The notes beneath the pieces are model-generated. The model searched no databases and was not told the DNA's origin. It was given only the letters and a program-made list of their open reading frames with translations. From Opitutales bacterium (lineage in GTDB: Bacteria > Verrucomicrobiota > Verrucomicrobiia > Opitutales > Seribacteraceae), in the NCBI GenBank assembly GCA_038150505.1, contig JAYOTQ010000001.1, positions 3,538 to 66,647 of the forward strand: DNA of 63,110 nt, given 5' to 3'. This document shows, piece after piece, positions 27,468-35,587 of the stretch. Within the stretch, counting starts at the first letter, position 1. Each line of letters begins with the position of its first letter. The position numbers and the translations under genes were made by a program.

Positions 27468-28976
27468 CTAAGCAGCCATGGGATTGCCAGTGGCCAGGTT
27501 CATGATTGATTCCTCTGATAATTGATCCCGCGAAAGCTCCCCTGCTATGTTGCCTTCGTGCATAACATAGGCACGATCCGCCATCCCTAAAACTTCTTCC
27601 ATCTCACTGGAAACAAAAAGAATCGCCATGCCTTGTCCGGCCAGGTTCTCCATGAGCTTATATATTTCACGTTTTGCACCGATATCAATGCCACGGGTGG
27701 GTTCATCGAGCATCAGTAACTTTGGCTTCATCGCCAGCCATTTCCCCAGTACGATTTTTTGCTGGTTTCCACCAGAAAGAAATTGGGCAACCTGCTTAGG
27801 GCTGGGGGTCTTAATCTTTAAAGATTCAATTGCTTGTTGGGCTCCATCTACCTCAGCACTTTGATCAATCCAACCTCGGGTGGATTTTTTATCAAGCGAT
27901 GGTAAGGAACAATTCTCACGCACAGACATAGGCAGGACTAGTCCATGTTGTTTCCGATCTTCGGGAACCAAAGCAATCCCTGCAGAGATAGCTTTTTTAG
28001 GATCCGTTATTTTGGCATCGCATCCATCAATCTCCAAAGAGCCTTCCAGGGATGGCGTAATACCGAAAATAGTCTGCAAAAGCTCCGTTCTGCCTGCTCC
28101 GACCAAGCCTGCAATTCCCACAATTTCTCCAGCATGTATATCAAGCGACACAGGGATCTGAGGATAAGCAGGGGAGCAAACATTTTTCAGCGAAAGTACT
28201 TTCTTTCCAGCATCGTGCGTATTTCGATCGTAAAACTCGCTCAGCTCCCTGCCCACCATAAGACGAACCATATTGTCATGGTTAATTTCTTCCTTCGCCA
28301 AGTCTCCGGCATTTTCTCCATCACGAAAAACAGTAACACGATCCGCCAACCGAATGACCTCTCCTAGCCGGTGAGAAATATAAATAATACTTATCCCACG
28401 GGATCGCAATTGGGTGACCACATCAAAAAGTGTCTCCGTCTCTTTTTGCGAAAGGCTACTGGTAGGCTCATCCATGATCAACACCCGTGCATTACTCGAC
28501 AACGCTTTGGCAATTTCTACAAGTTGCTGCTTTCCTATAGGTAGGGATCCAGCAAGCGTATCCACCGGCAGATCGAGACCCACCTGCAAGAGGAACTCCT
28601 TGGTCAACTCAGCCATTCGTGCCTCGTCAATAAGACCATACTTCGTCGGTTCCCTACCCAGAAAAATATTTGAAGCAAGATCGAGATTGCCGCACAAATT
28701 CAGTTCCTGGTGAATCAGGGCAATGCCCTTATCCATGGCATCGTTTACATTTTTGAAGGCAGTCTCTTTACCATCGACAGAAAATTTTCCCTCATCTGCA
28801 GGCTGGACGCCGGCAAGTATTTTCATGAGCGTGCTTTTGCCTGCACCATTTTCTCCAATCAAGGCAAGAACTTCGCCCTTTTCCAATTTTAGGGATACTC
28901 CGCGAAGTGCAAGAACGCCGGGGAAACTTTTTCTGAGGCCCGAAACTTCGAGCACCGGAGGAATGCTCTCAGTCAT
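27468..28976 (-). CDS. Monosaccharide ABC transporter ATP-binding protein (double domain)
   Basis: GENGAGKST, MDEPTSSL, LSGGNQQK, LDEPTRGIDIGAK. Confidence 0.96.
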   Translation of the reverse strand: MTESIPPVLEVSGLRKSFPGVLALRGVSLKLEKGEVLALIGENGAGKSTLMKILAGVQPADEGKFSVDGKETAFKNVNDAMDKGIALIHQELNLCGNLDLASNIFLGREPTKYGLIDEARMAELTKEFLLQVGLDLPVDTLAGSLPIGKQQLVEIAKALSSNARVLIMDEPTSSLSQKETETLFDVVTQLRSRGISIIYISHRLGEVIRLADRVTVFRDGENAGDLAKEEINHDNMVRLMVGRELSEFYDRNTHDAGKKVLSLKNVCSPAYPQIPVSLDIHAGEIVGIAGLVGAGRTELLQTIFGITPSLEGSLEIDGCDAKITDPKKAISAGIALVPEDRKQHGLVLPMSVRENCSLPSLDKKSTRGWIDQSAEVDGAQQAIESLKIKTPSPKQVAQFLSGGNQQKIVLGKWLAMKPKLLMLDEPTRGIDIGAKREIYKLMENLAGQGMAILFVSSEMEEVLGMADRAYVMHEGNIAGELSRDQLSEESIMNLATGNPMAA

Positions 28977-28978
28977 CC

Positions 28979-30025
28979 CTAATTTTGCTTACCCAGATCA
29001 GCCATTTCCTTCTTTTTTGCCCAGAAAGTATCAATGTTTGATTGGTCGACCACCAGGAATGGCAATTCAAAATACTTGGTAGGTGCAGGGTTTCCTTCGT
29101 GTATTGATTTGAGCATTTTAATGGATTCATATCCATACTCCCAAGGCTGCTGACTTATGGTTCCATGGGCATGGCCTTCTGCAATTGCCTGGAGCAACGC
29201 ATCCTGCTCGTCAAAGCCACAGACCTTTATTTGGCCAAGTTTGTTTGCTTCCTTAATCGCATCGATGCAGGCGGGCGGGTTGTAGGCAAATAACCCAACC
29301 ATACATTTTAAATCTTTGTATTTGGTCATCGAATCTTCGGCATTGCTTTTGGCTTTAGCTTTGTCGAAATTATCCGTCCTTGTGTCCAAAATTGTATAGG
29401 GGGAAGACTCGCTGCTTAAGTTGGCCGCATCCACGGGGTCAAACTTAACCTGATCAAGTTCCTGCATCGGGCGGTTTAATAACTCATCAATCACCCCTTG
29501 CCTGCGCTGTCGTGCATTGAGTTGCTCAAGACGGCCAACAAAGATCATTACCTCGCCTCCTTCTGGGATGGCTGCTTTTACAAGCCCTCCAAGTGCCCGG
29601 CCAGCTTTATAATTATTTGTGCCAATGTAACATAAGCGGTCGCTTTTAGGAGCATCCGCATCCTGAGTGATTAAAATTGTATTGGCCGCCACTTCATTGA
29701 GAAAGGGTGTTTGGTTATCAGCATCAATCGGACTGACTGCCACCCCATCGATTCCCTTGGCCAAAAGTGCCTCCATCATTCTCTTTTGGTCGACCACACC
29801 CTTTGGTGGCATTAAGACCTCGCAACGAACCCCAAACTCTTTTTCTGCTATCCGTACCCCAGCGGCACACAAATCCCAAAAAGGATCAATTCCGTTGGTT
29901 ACATAGGCAAAGGTCGGGGCATCTGGGCCGTCTGCCTCATTCGAATGGTTTCCTCCCCCACATCCAGTAAAAAAGGAAAGGGAAATACTAACGATAGGGA
30001 GTAATAGGGCTTTTTTCATAATCAT
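28979..30025 (-). CDS. Sugar-binding lipoprotein (RbsB-like periplasmic binding fold)
   Basis: Lipobox FTGC; DPFW, YIGTNNYKAG, GFDE, QQPWEYGY. Confidence 0.92.
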   Translation of the reverse strand: MIMKKALLLPIVSISLSFFTGCGGGNHSNEADGPDAPTFAYVTNGIDPFWDLCAAGVRIAEKEFGVRCEVLMPPKGVVDQKRMMEALLAKGIDGVAVSPIDADNQTPFLNEVAANTILITQDADAPKSDRLCYIGTNNYKAGRALGGLVKAAIPEGGEVMIFVGRLEQLNARQRRQGVIDELLNRPMQELDQVKFDPVDAANLSSESSPYTILDTRTDNFDKAKAKSNAEDSMTKYKDLKCMVGLFAYNPPACIDAIKEANKLGQIKVCGFDEQDALLQAIAEGHAHGTISQQPWEYGYESIKMLKSIHEGNPAPTKYFELPFLVVDQSNIDTFWAKKKEMADLGKQN

Positions 30026-30063
30026 TAAAATTTGGTGTGACTGGGTGTAAATAAATGGAAGTG

Positions 30064-30819
30064 TTACCACGGTGTACGGCCACCATTGACACAGAGGGTT
30101 TGACCGGTGATAAACCCTGCCTCATCAGAGGCAAAAAACCTGACCGCAGACCCAACATCTTCCGCAGTTCCCCACCTCCCCATAGGAATGGTGTTTAAAT
30201 AAGCATCCTTATCCTCCTGGGGATCATTGATATGACGGTCAGTAGGAATCCATCCAGGAGCAACAGTGTTGACAGTAATTCCTGTGGATGCCAATTCTAC
30301 CGCCAAACTACGGCTCCACCCAATTTGTCCTCCCTTGGCTGCGACATAGGCGGTAAATTGGGGAACGGATGCATGAAAGACTTCGCTGGTAATGTTAATG
30401 ATTCGACCCCATTTTCTTTTCTTCATCCCAGGCAGTGCTGACTGAGCCAGCAAAAACGGGCTTAGAACAAAAAAATTGTACATTTCCCGGTAAAAATCGA
30501 CATCGTATTCTTCAATCGGTTTTTGGGGCTGTGGACCCGTCGCATTGGGCACAAGAATATCCACGGATCCCCACTTTTCCTCAACTGCTTCAACCATTGC
30601 AGAGACTTGGGATGGGTCGGTCACATCTGCCCGGATTAGCATAACATGAGCACCCTTAGCCTGTAATGTTTCCCGGGCTTTCTCTGCCACTTCCCGGTTG
30701 CCGTAATAGTTTAAAGCTATTTTTGAACCACCATCAGCCAGGCACTCCCCTATTCCCAGGCCCAACCCCCGGGTGCTTCCCGTGATTAATGAAACTTTAT
30801 TTTCCAATGAATATGACAT
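30064..30819 (-). CDS. Short-chain dehydrogenase/reductase
   Basis: TGSTRGLG, YVAAK, VNTVAPGWI, ITGQTLCVNGG. Confidence 0.93.
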   Translation of the reverse strand: MSYSLENKVSLITGSTRGLGLGIGECLADGGSKIALNYYGNREVAEKARETLQAKGAHVMLIRADVTDPSQVSAMVEAVEEKWGSVDILVPNATGPQPQKPIEEYDVDFYREMYNFFVLSPFLLAQSALPGMKKRKWGRIINITSEVFHASVPQFTAYVAAKGGQIGWSRSLAVELASTGITVNTVAPGWIPTDRHINDPQEDKDAYLNTIPMGRWGTAEDVGSAVRFFASDEAGFITGQTLCVNGGRTPW

Positions 30820-30839
30820 TATGAAAGTTTATTAGGATG

Positions 30840-30882
30840 AATAATTTGATATTTCAAATAGATTCCATATATCAAAATTATT
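30840..30882. promoter_or_regulatory. AT-rich inverted repeat upstream of the SDR-ABC genes (candidate operator)
   Basis: aataatttgatat ... atatcaaaattatt arms, plus nested TTTGA-TATT-TCAAA palindrome. Confidence 0.4.
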
Positions 30883-31759
30883 AGGTATCACCAAGATATG
30901 GATAGGCGGGAAGACCCTGCACCTCTAATCCATCGACCACAAACACAGAACCTGCATCGGGCTCTTTCAAAGTTTTATGAACGCCTGTGGTCACAAACAG
31001 CCGGTCAAAATGATCTCCCCCAAAGGTACAAGCAGTTGTTTCCACGCAGGGGAAATCAATTTTTCGGATAAGTTTACCATCCTCTGGGTTAAGACAAAGC
31101 ACGGCACCGCCATGACACATGGCCACCCAAAGCAAACCCTCTGAATCGATCGTCATTCCGTCGGGGGACCCCTGAACGCCGAAACCTGTAAAATCAACTG
31201 CTACACGAGCATTCGAAATATCTCCACTCGAGCGTACATAATCATAAGCCATCACTTTTTGGCTGGGAGTATCGATGTAATACATAGTTTGTTGAGCCTC
31301 ATCCCAGCAGATACCATTGGAATTGGTCACACCTGGTATTTTCACACTGATTCCCCCATCGGTATCCAACTGATAAAGATTGGCATCTCCCTGTTTCTTA
31401 ACTGTGCTGATGGTGCCGGCCCAAAATCTACCAGCAGGATCGCATTTTCCATCATTGAATCGATTGTCGGGCCTTTTATCTGCTTCTGGATCTGCAAGGA
31501 TTGATTTTTGTCCTGTGAGAGGGTTCAGTCGATAGATTCCAGAATCTCCTGCACAGATAAGATCCTCTGATAAAGATGGCACCACGGTCCCAATTCTTTC
31601 ACCCACATCCCAGGAATGTTCCTCCCCAGTATTGGGGTTTAGCTTTATCAGGGCATGTCCTTCAATATCGACATAATAAAGATGGTTCCCCCAATAGATG
31701 GGTCCTTCTCCCCATTTTGATAGGCGGTTTCCAACTGTCTTAAGAGTAATTTGGCTCAT
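30881..31759 (-). CDS. SMP-30/gluconolactonase family sugar lactonase
   Basis: WGEGPIY, RFNDGKCDPAGRFWAG, NSNGICW, PDGMTIDSEG, TACTFGG. Confidence 0.93.
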   Translation of the reverse strand: MSQITLKTVGNRLSKWGEGPIYWGNHLYYVDIEGHALIKLNPNTGEEHSWDVGERIGTVVPSLSEDLICAGDSGIYRLNPLTGQKSILADPEADKRPDNRFNDGKCDPAGRFWAGTISTVKKQGDANLYQLDTDGGISVKIPGVTNSNGICWDEAQQTMYYIDTPSQKVMAYDYVRSSGDISNARVAVDFTGFGVQGSPDGMTIDSEGLLWVAMCHGGAVLCLNPEDGKLIRKIDFPCVETTACTFGGDHFDRLFVTTGVHKTLKEPDAGSVFVVDGLEVQGLPAYPYLGDT

Positions 31760-32120
31760 CGGTTTTTTATTTTTTAAATATGCAAAACTACTCAAGAGTT
31801 TGATCGATGCTTTGTCAGTATCATTGTAGGAGCTCTTGTTTGGTTTGTGGCTGCATTTTATTTTAAATCTATAATGAATCTTCGCTGCTCGGGATGTGGA
31901 AGGTATGTTCCATCAAAACCTACAGCACTTTTTAAGTATAAATATTTTCAGGTTTTCTGGGAATACACACCCTTGACCGAACCTTACCAATTATTGTCTT
32001 TTTTCCACAATTACTGAAACCGGATCCATGTGGATGATCTGGTGGAACAACACTCACTGGGCCAGCTGAAAAAGTTTCTCAGGGTTGCAAAAGACCTGTT
32101 CCAAATTTGTTTTTAATAGA

Positions 32121-32160
32121 GCTGGGGAAAGCAAAGGAAATGGAAAGGCGATTTCCCCGC
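32121..32160. terminator. Possible hairpin downstream of cysS
   Basis: ggggaaa ... tttcccc inverted repeat just past the cysS stop; large loop. Confidence 0.3.
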
Positions 32161-32168
32161 CAATTAGA

Positions 32169-33581
32169 TTAGGAAACTTTTTCTAATTCGTAAGAGTCTT
32201 TGGTATCTTTGATCAACCATCCGGATTTTTTTATTTCATCCCGTAGACGATCGGCTTCCGCCCAATTTTTGGAAGATTTCGCTTCCCACCTGAGATCAGC
32301 CAATGAAACCACTTCTTTTGGCACTTCCTCTGGTTTACGCTCAGTAAAGCTGAATCCAAAAAGGTGTAAAACCGCAGCAAACCCGGATTGAAGCTCTATC
32401 ATTTCCTGGCCGGTTCGATCAATCTGCCCTTGAGACAGAGACTCGGAAATTTCTTTGATTAGCCCAAACAATTTACCCAGTGCATCCGCGGTATTGAGGT
32501 CGTTCAGTATGGCTTTTTGCACCTCGGTAAACGGGCCGAAACTTGCAGATTCAGCCGAGTAACACCGCTCGCTTGGACACTCGATTCTTTTGGAAAATTC
32601 ACGCAGTTTCTTTAACGCTTTTTGAGCAGCCTTGAGGGAATCAAATGTGAAATTGAGAGGCTGCCGATAACTCCCCGAGAGAAGGACATATCGCACCGTC
32701 TGAGCATCATACCCTTTCTCCTGCAAATCCGCCAATGTATAGAGATTTCCGAGAGACTTGCTCATCTTTGTGCCCTCCACCATGAGATGGGCAATGTGGA
32801 ACCAATGACGGGCAAAAGTTTTATGAGTAACCGCTTCCACCTGAGCGATCTCATTTTCATGGTGAGGGAAAACCAGGTCAACCCCTCCGGAATGCAGGTC
32901 AAAACTTTCCCCAAGGTGTTTCATACAAATGGCACTGCACTCGATATGCCATCCCGGCCTGCCCTCTCCCCACGGGGATGACCAGTAATTATCCCCGTCC
33001 TCCGGTCGTCGTGCTTTCCAAAGGGCAAAATCGGCAGCTGAGTCCCGGTCGTATTCATCGGAAGTTTCCCTTTGTGCAGAAGAAGTAGTAATTTCACGAT
33101 CCGCGAGCCTCGATAACGCACCGTACTCCGGAAAAGCATCTACCTTAAAATAAACTGAGCCATCCGGCCCCTGGTAAGCTTTTCCCGCATCGATCAACCG
33201 TTGAATCAATTCGATCTGCTCGGGCACATGGCCCACCGCGGAGGGTTGGGCATGGGGAGGCAACAAATTCAAAGACTTACAGTCCTTTTCAAAATATTTT
33301 GTCCATCGATCCGTAAACTCAGCTAGGCTTACCCCTTGTGCCTGAGACTCACGAATCGTTTTATCGTCCACATCGGTTAGGTTTCTTACGTGGTAGGTCT
33401 TATATCCGCTCGTCTCTAAGGTTCGCCTGAATACATCCTGTAAAACAAAGGTTCTAAAGTTTCCCACATGTGCAGGACCATAAACTGTCGGCCCACAGCA
33501 ATAAAAGCGTACCGAATCTCCGTTCATTCCGTAAACCTCCTGTACCTCCCGGGTCAGGGTATCGTACAACCTAAGGGCCAT
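32169..33581 (-). CDS. cysS: Cysteine--tRNA ligase
   Basis: CGPTVY, HVGN, DFALWK, GRPGWHIECS, FPHHENE, KMSKS. Confidence 0.98.
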   Translation of the reverse strand: MALRLYDTLTREVQEVYGMNGDSVRFYCCGPTVYGPAHVGNFRTFVLQDVFRRTLETSGYKTYHVRNLTDVDDKTIRESQAQGVSLAEFTDRWTKYFEKDCKSLNLLPPHAQPSAVGHVPEQIELIQRLIDAGKAYQGPDGSVYFKVDAFPEYGALSRLADREITTSSAQRETSDEYDRDSAADFALWKARRPEDGDNYWSSPWGEGRPGWHIECSAICMKHLGESFDLHSGGVDLVFPHHENEIAQVEAVTHKTFARHWFHIAHLMVEGTKMSKSLGNLYTLADLQEKGYDAQTVRYVLLSGSYRQPLNFTFDSLKAAQKALKKLREFSKRIECPSERCYSAESASFGPFTEVQKAILNDLNTADALGKLFGLIKEISESLSQGQIDRTGQEMIELQSGFAAVLHLFGFSFTERKPEEVPKEVVSLADLRWEAKSSKNWAEADRLRDEIKKSGWLIKDTKDSYELEKVS

Positions 33582-33602
33582 GTCTGCTTGGTGAATGAAA
33601 GT

Positions 33603-34424
33603 TTACCCTTCGGTAATTTGGATTGGTTTAATATCCCATTTGGGATTTTGCCCAAGAAAACGGCATGGGTTGTTGTGAAAAATTTCCACTGCCTCTTGTA
33701 AACTGTGACCTCTCTTGCGGAAATCGACAATGCACTCCTGTAAGGTGAAAGGGTCGCTTGGCCCCCAGTCTGCGGAGGAATTGACCAATAAGCGCTCCCT
33801 GGAGTACTTCTCCAGAATGTCGACCGCCCGACGCGGGCTGCACTTGGTTACAGGATAAAGTGTCATCCCCGCCCAGTATCCCGCATCCAATACCCATTCG
33901 ATTGTTTGCTCTTCCACATGGTCAATCCATATCCGGTCTGGGTTTACATCCATACCTGCCAGCACCTCCAACACCGTTTTTGTGCCATGTGCTTTATCAG
34001 ATAAATGAGGGGTGTGAATGAGCACCAACTGATCGTGCTTCATTGCCAAGTCGACATGGGCTTCCAACCCAGCAATTTCATTTGCTGTGGATTTATGCAG
34101 ACCCGTCTCCCCAACTCCGAGGCAGTTTGGTTTATCAAGGAATTCAGGCATTTGGCTAAGAACTTCGTTGGTGAGCTCCACATTTTCTGCTTCCTTGGGA
34201 TTCACCGCCACCCAGCAAAAATGCCGAATCCCAAACTCGGCCGCACGGGTCGGTTCAAATTCGGATATCTGGGCAAAGTAATCGAGAAAGGTCTCTGGGT
34301 GTCTGCGATCAAAACCTGCCCAAAAGGCAGGTTCACAAACCGCTACCACACCCGACATCGCCATACGCTCATAGTCCTGAGCAGTGCGGGCAATCGCGTG
34401 ATAATGAGGCTGAATGATTTGCAT
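33603..34424 (-). CDS. TatD-related metallohydrolase (EboB-like)
   Basis: PHYH..RT..DY..M..SGV..V.EPAFW.G, NPKEA, GVGETG, IHTPH, IDH, NSSADWG.SDP. Confidence 0.85.
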   Translation of the reverse strand: MQIIQPHYHAIARTAQDYERMAMSGVVAVCEPAFWAGFDRRHPETFLDYFAQISEFEPTRAAEFGIRHFCWVAVNPKEAENVELTNEVLSQMPEFLDKPNCLGVGETGLHKSTANEIAGLEAHVDLAMKHDQLVLIHTPHLSDKAHGTKTVLEVLAGMDVNPDRIWIDHVEEQTIEWVLDAGYWAGMTLYPVTKCSPRRAVDILEKYSRERLLVNSSADWGPSDPFTLQECIVDFRKRGHSLQEAVEIFHNNPCRFLGQNPKWDIKPIQITEG

Positions 34425-34431
34425 GAGGAAA

Positions 34432-34668
34432 TTAGTTTACCAAAGAGAACTGTTCGAGCAATTGCTCCGTCCGGTTGGCTTTGGGGTGATCACTTTGTGA
34501 AAGGGTATGCATCGCATTTCTCAAAGCATCCACCCTTATATCGTTGTCCGTCTTTTCTCCGGACCGTTTGACCGCTTCATCATAACGATCAAGCAAAGCG
34601 GCTACTTCCAGTAAATCACGGCGGGCTTCCAAATAATAGGTGTCCAGTGTTTGTTTCGGAGAGAGCAT
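34432..34668 (-). CDS. Small helical hypothetical protein
   Basis: 78 aa, LDTYYLEARRDLLEVAALLDRYD; stop lies 7 nt before the hydrolase start. Confidence 0.75.
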   Translation of the reverse strand: MLSPKQTLDTYYLEARRDLLEVAALLDRYDEAVKRSGEKTDNDIRVDALRNAMHTLSQSDHPKANRTEQLLEQFSLVN

Positions 34669-34715
34669 AAGGCTTTTAGTTAAGGGTTATAAATGAATAA
34701 ATAAACAAGGAGGAT

Positions 34716-35087
34716 TCAACTTGAAGGAACCAAGGATGAATGATGGTGCAGAATTTTTGGATCCCCCGTCTCATCCACCAAAAAAGAGTACCTTGCGGGA
34801 AATTCTTGGCGGCTGGGACCCTCCCCGTGAAAAAATGTGTAGGTTCCTGTAAAAAGGGCTATCTTGTTACCAAGCTCCTGCCTTCTGGCTCCTTCAGAAT
34901 CAAATGAAACTCCAGCTCCGGGGCGTGAAGTGAAGCCACTAAAATAATCGCGGATTCCTTTCTCATCATCGACTGGCAAGGTAGAAAAAGTAGCCAGCAA
35001 ACGGGCACTTTTGGCATAAAGGGCACAGACATCATCCACCTTGCCTGCGTTCACAAACTCATTCCAAATTTCAGGTAATAATTTCAT
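34716..35087 (-). CDS. NTF2-like (DUF4440/SnoaL/CaMKII-association-like) protein
   Basis: LYAKSARLL, IRDYF, GTYTF, ARYSF, ILHHHSSLVP. Confidence 0.8.
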   Translation of the reverse strand: MKLLPEIWNEFVNAGKVDDVCALYAKSARLLATFSTLPVDDEKGIRDYFSGFTSRPGAGVSFDSEGARRQELGNKIALFTGTYTFFHGEGPSRQEFPARYSFLVDETGDPKILHHHSSLVPSS

Positions 35088-35161
35088 CTCTTTAAATAAG
35101 CGACTCCACGATATGAAAATGCCTACTTACAGACAATCACATATGGAAATTGAGAATGAAA

Positions 35162-35527
35162 TTATTCTTTGAGCCCGAATGCCTTTTCCCAGACATCAGG
35201 CTTAAATCCCTGGAGCACGATCTCTTCTCCAATCAGCACAGGTCTCTTAATTAGGTTTCCATTTGCATGCAAAAGACCCAGTGCTTTCTCTTCGGTTAAA
35301 TGGGGCAAGCTGTCTTTAATTTTCATATTTCGATAATCCAAACCAGAAGTATTGAACAACTTTTTTACATTCCCGCCATGGTGGTGTAATAATTGTTCCA
35401 GTTCTTTTTTCTGCGGAGGTTGTTTACGGATTGCTATTCTCTCATAAACAATTCCTTTTGCTTCCATCCACTTCCTGGCATTTACACAAGTTGAACATTT
35501 TTCGTATTCGTAAAATTTGAATTTCAT
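35162..35527 (-). CDS. ArsC/Spx (YffB/YusI-like) family protein
   Basis: CSTC, FNTSG..YR, NGNLIKRP, GFK. Confidence 0.9.
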   Translation of the reverse strand: MKFKFYEYEKCSTCVNARKWMEAKGIVYERIAIRKQPPQKKELEQLLHHHGGNVKKLFNTSGLDYRNMKIKDSLPHLTEEKALGLLHANGNLIKRPVLIGEEIVLQGFKPDVWEKAFGLKE

Positions 35528-35587
35528 TGTTTATAAAATAGTGATCTTAAGACTGAATTTATATTTAACAACCTTCCCCATGTTTTC

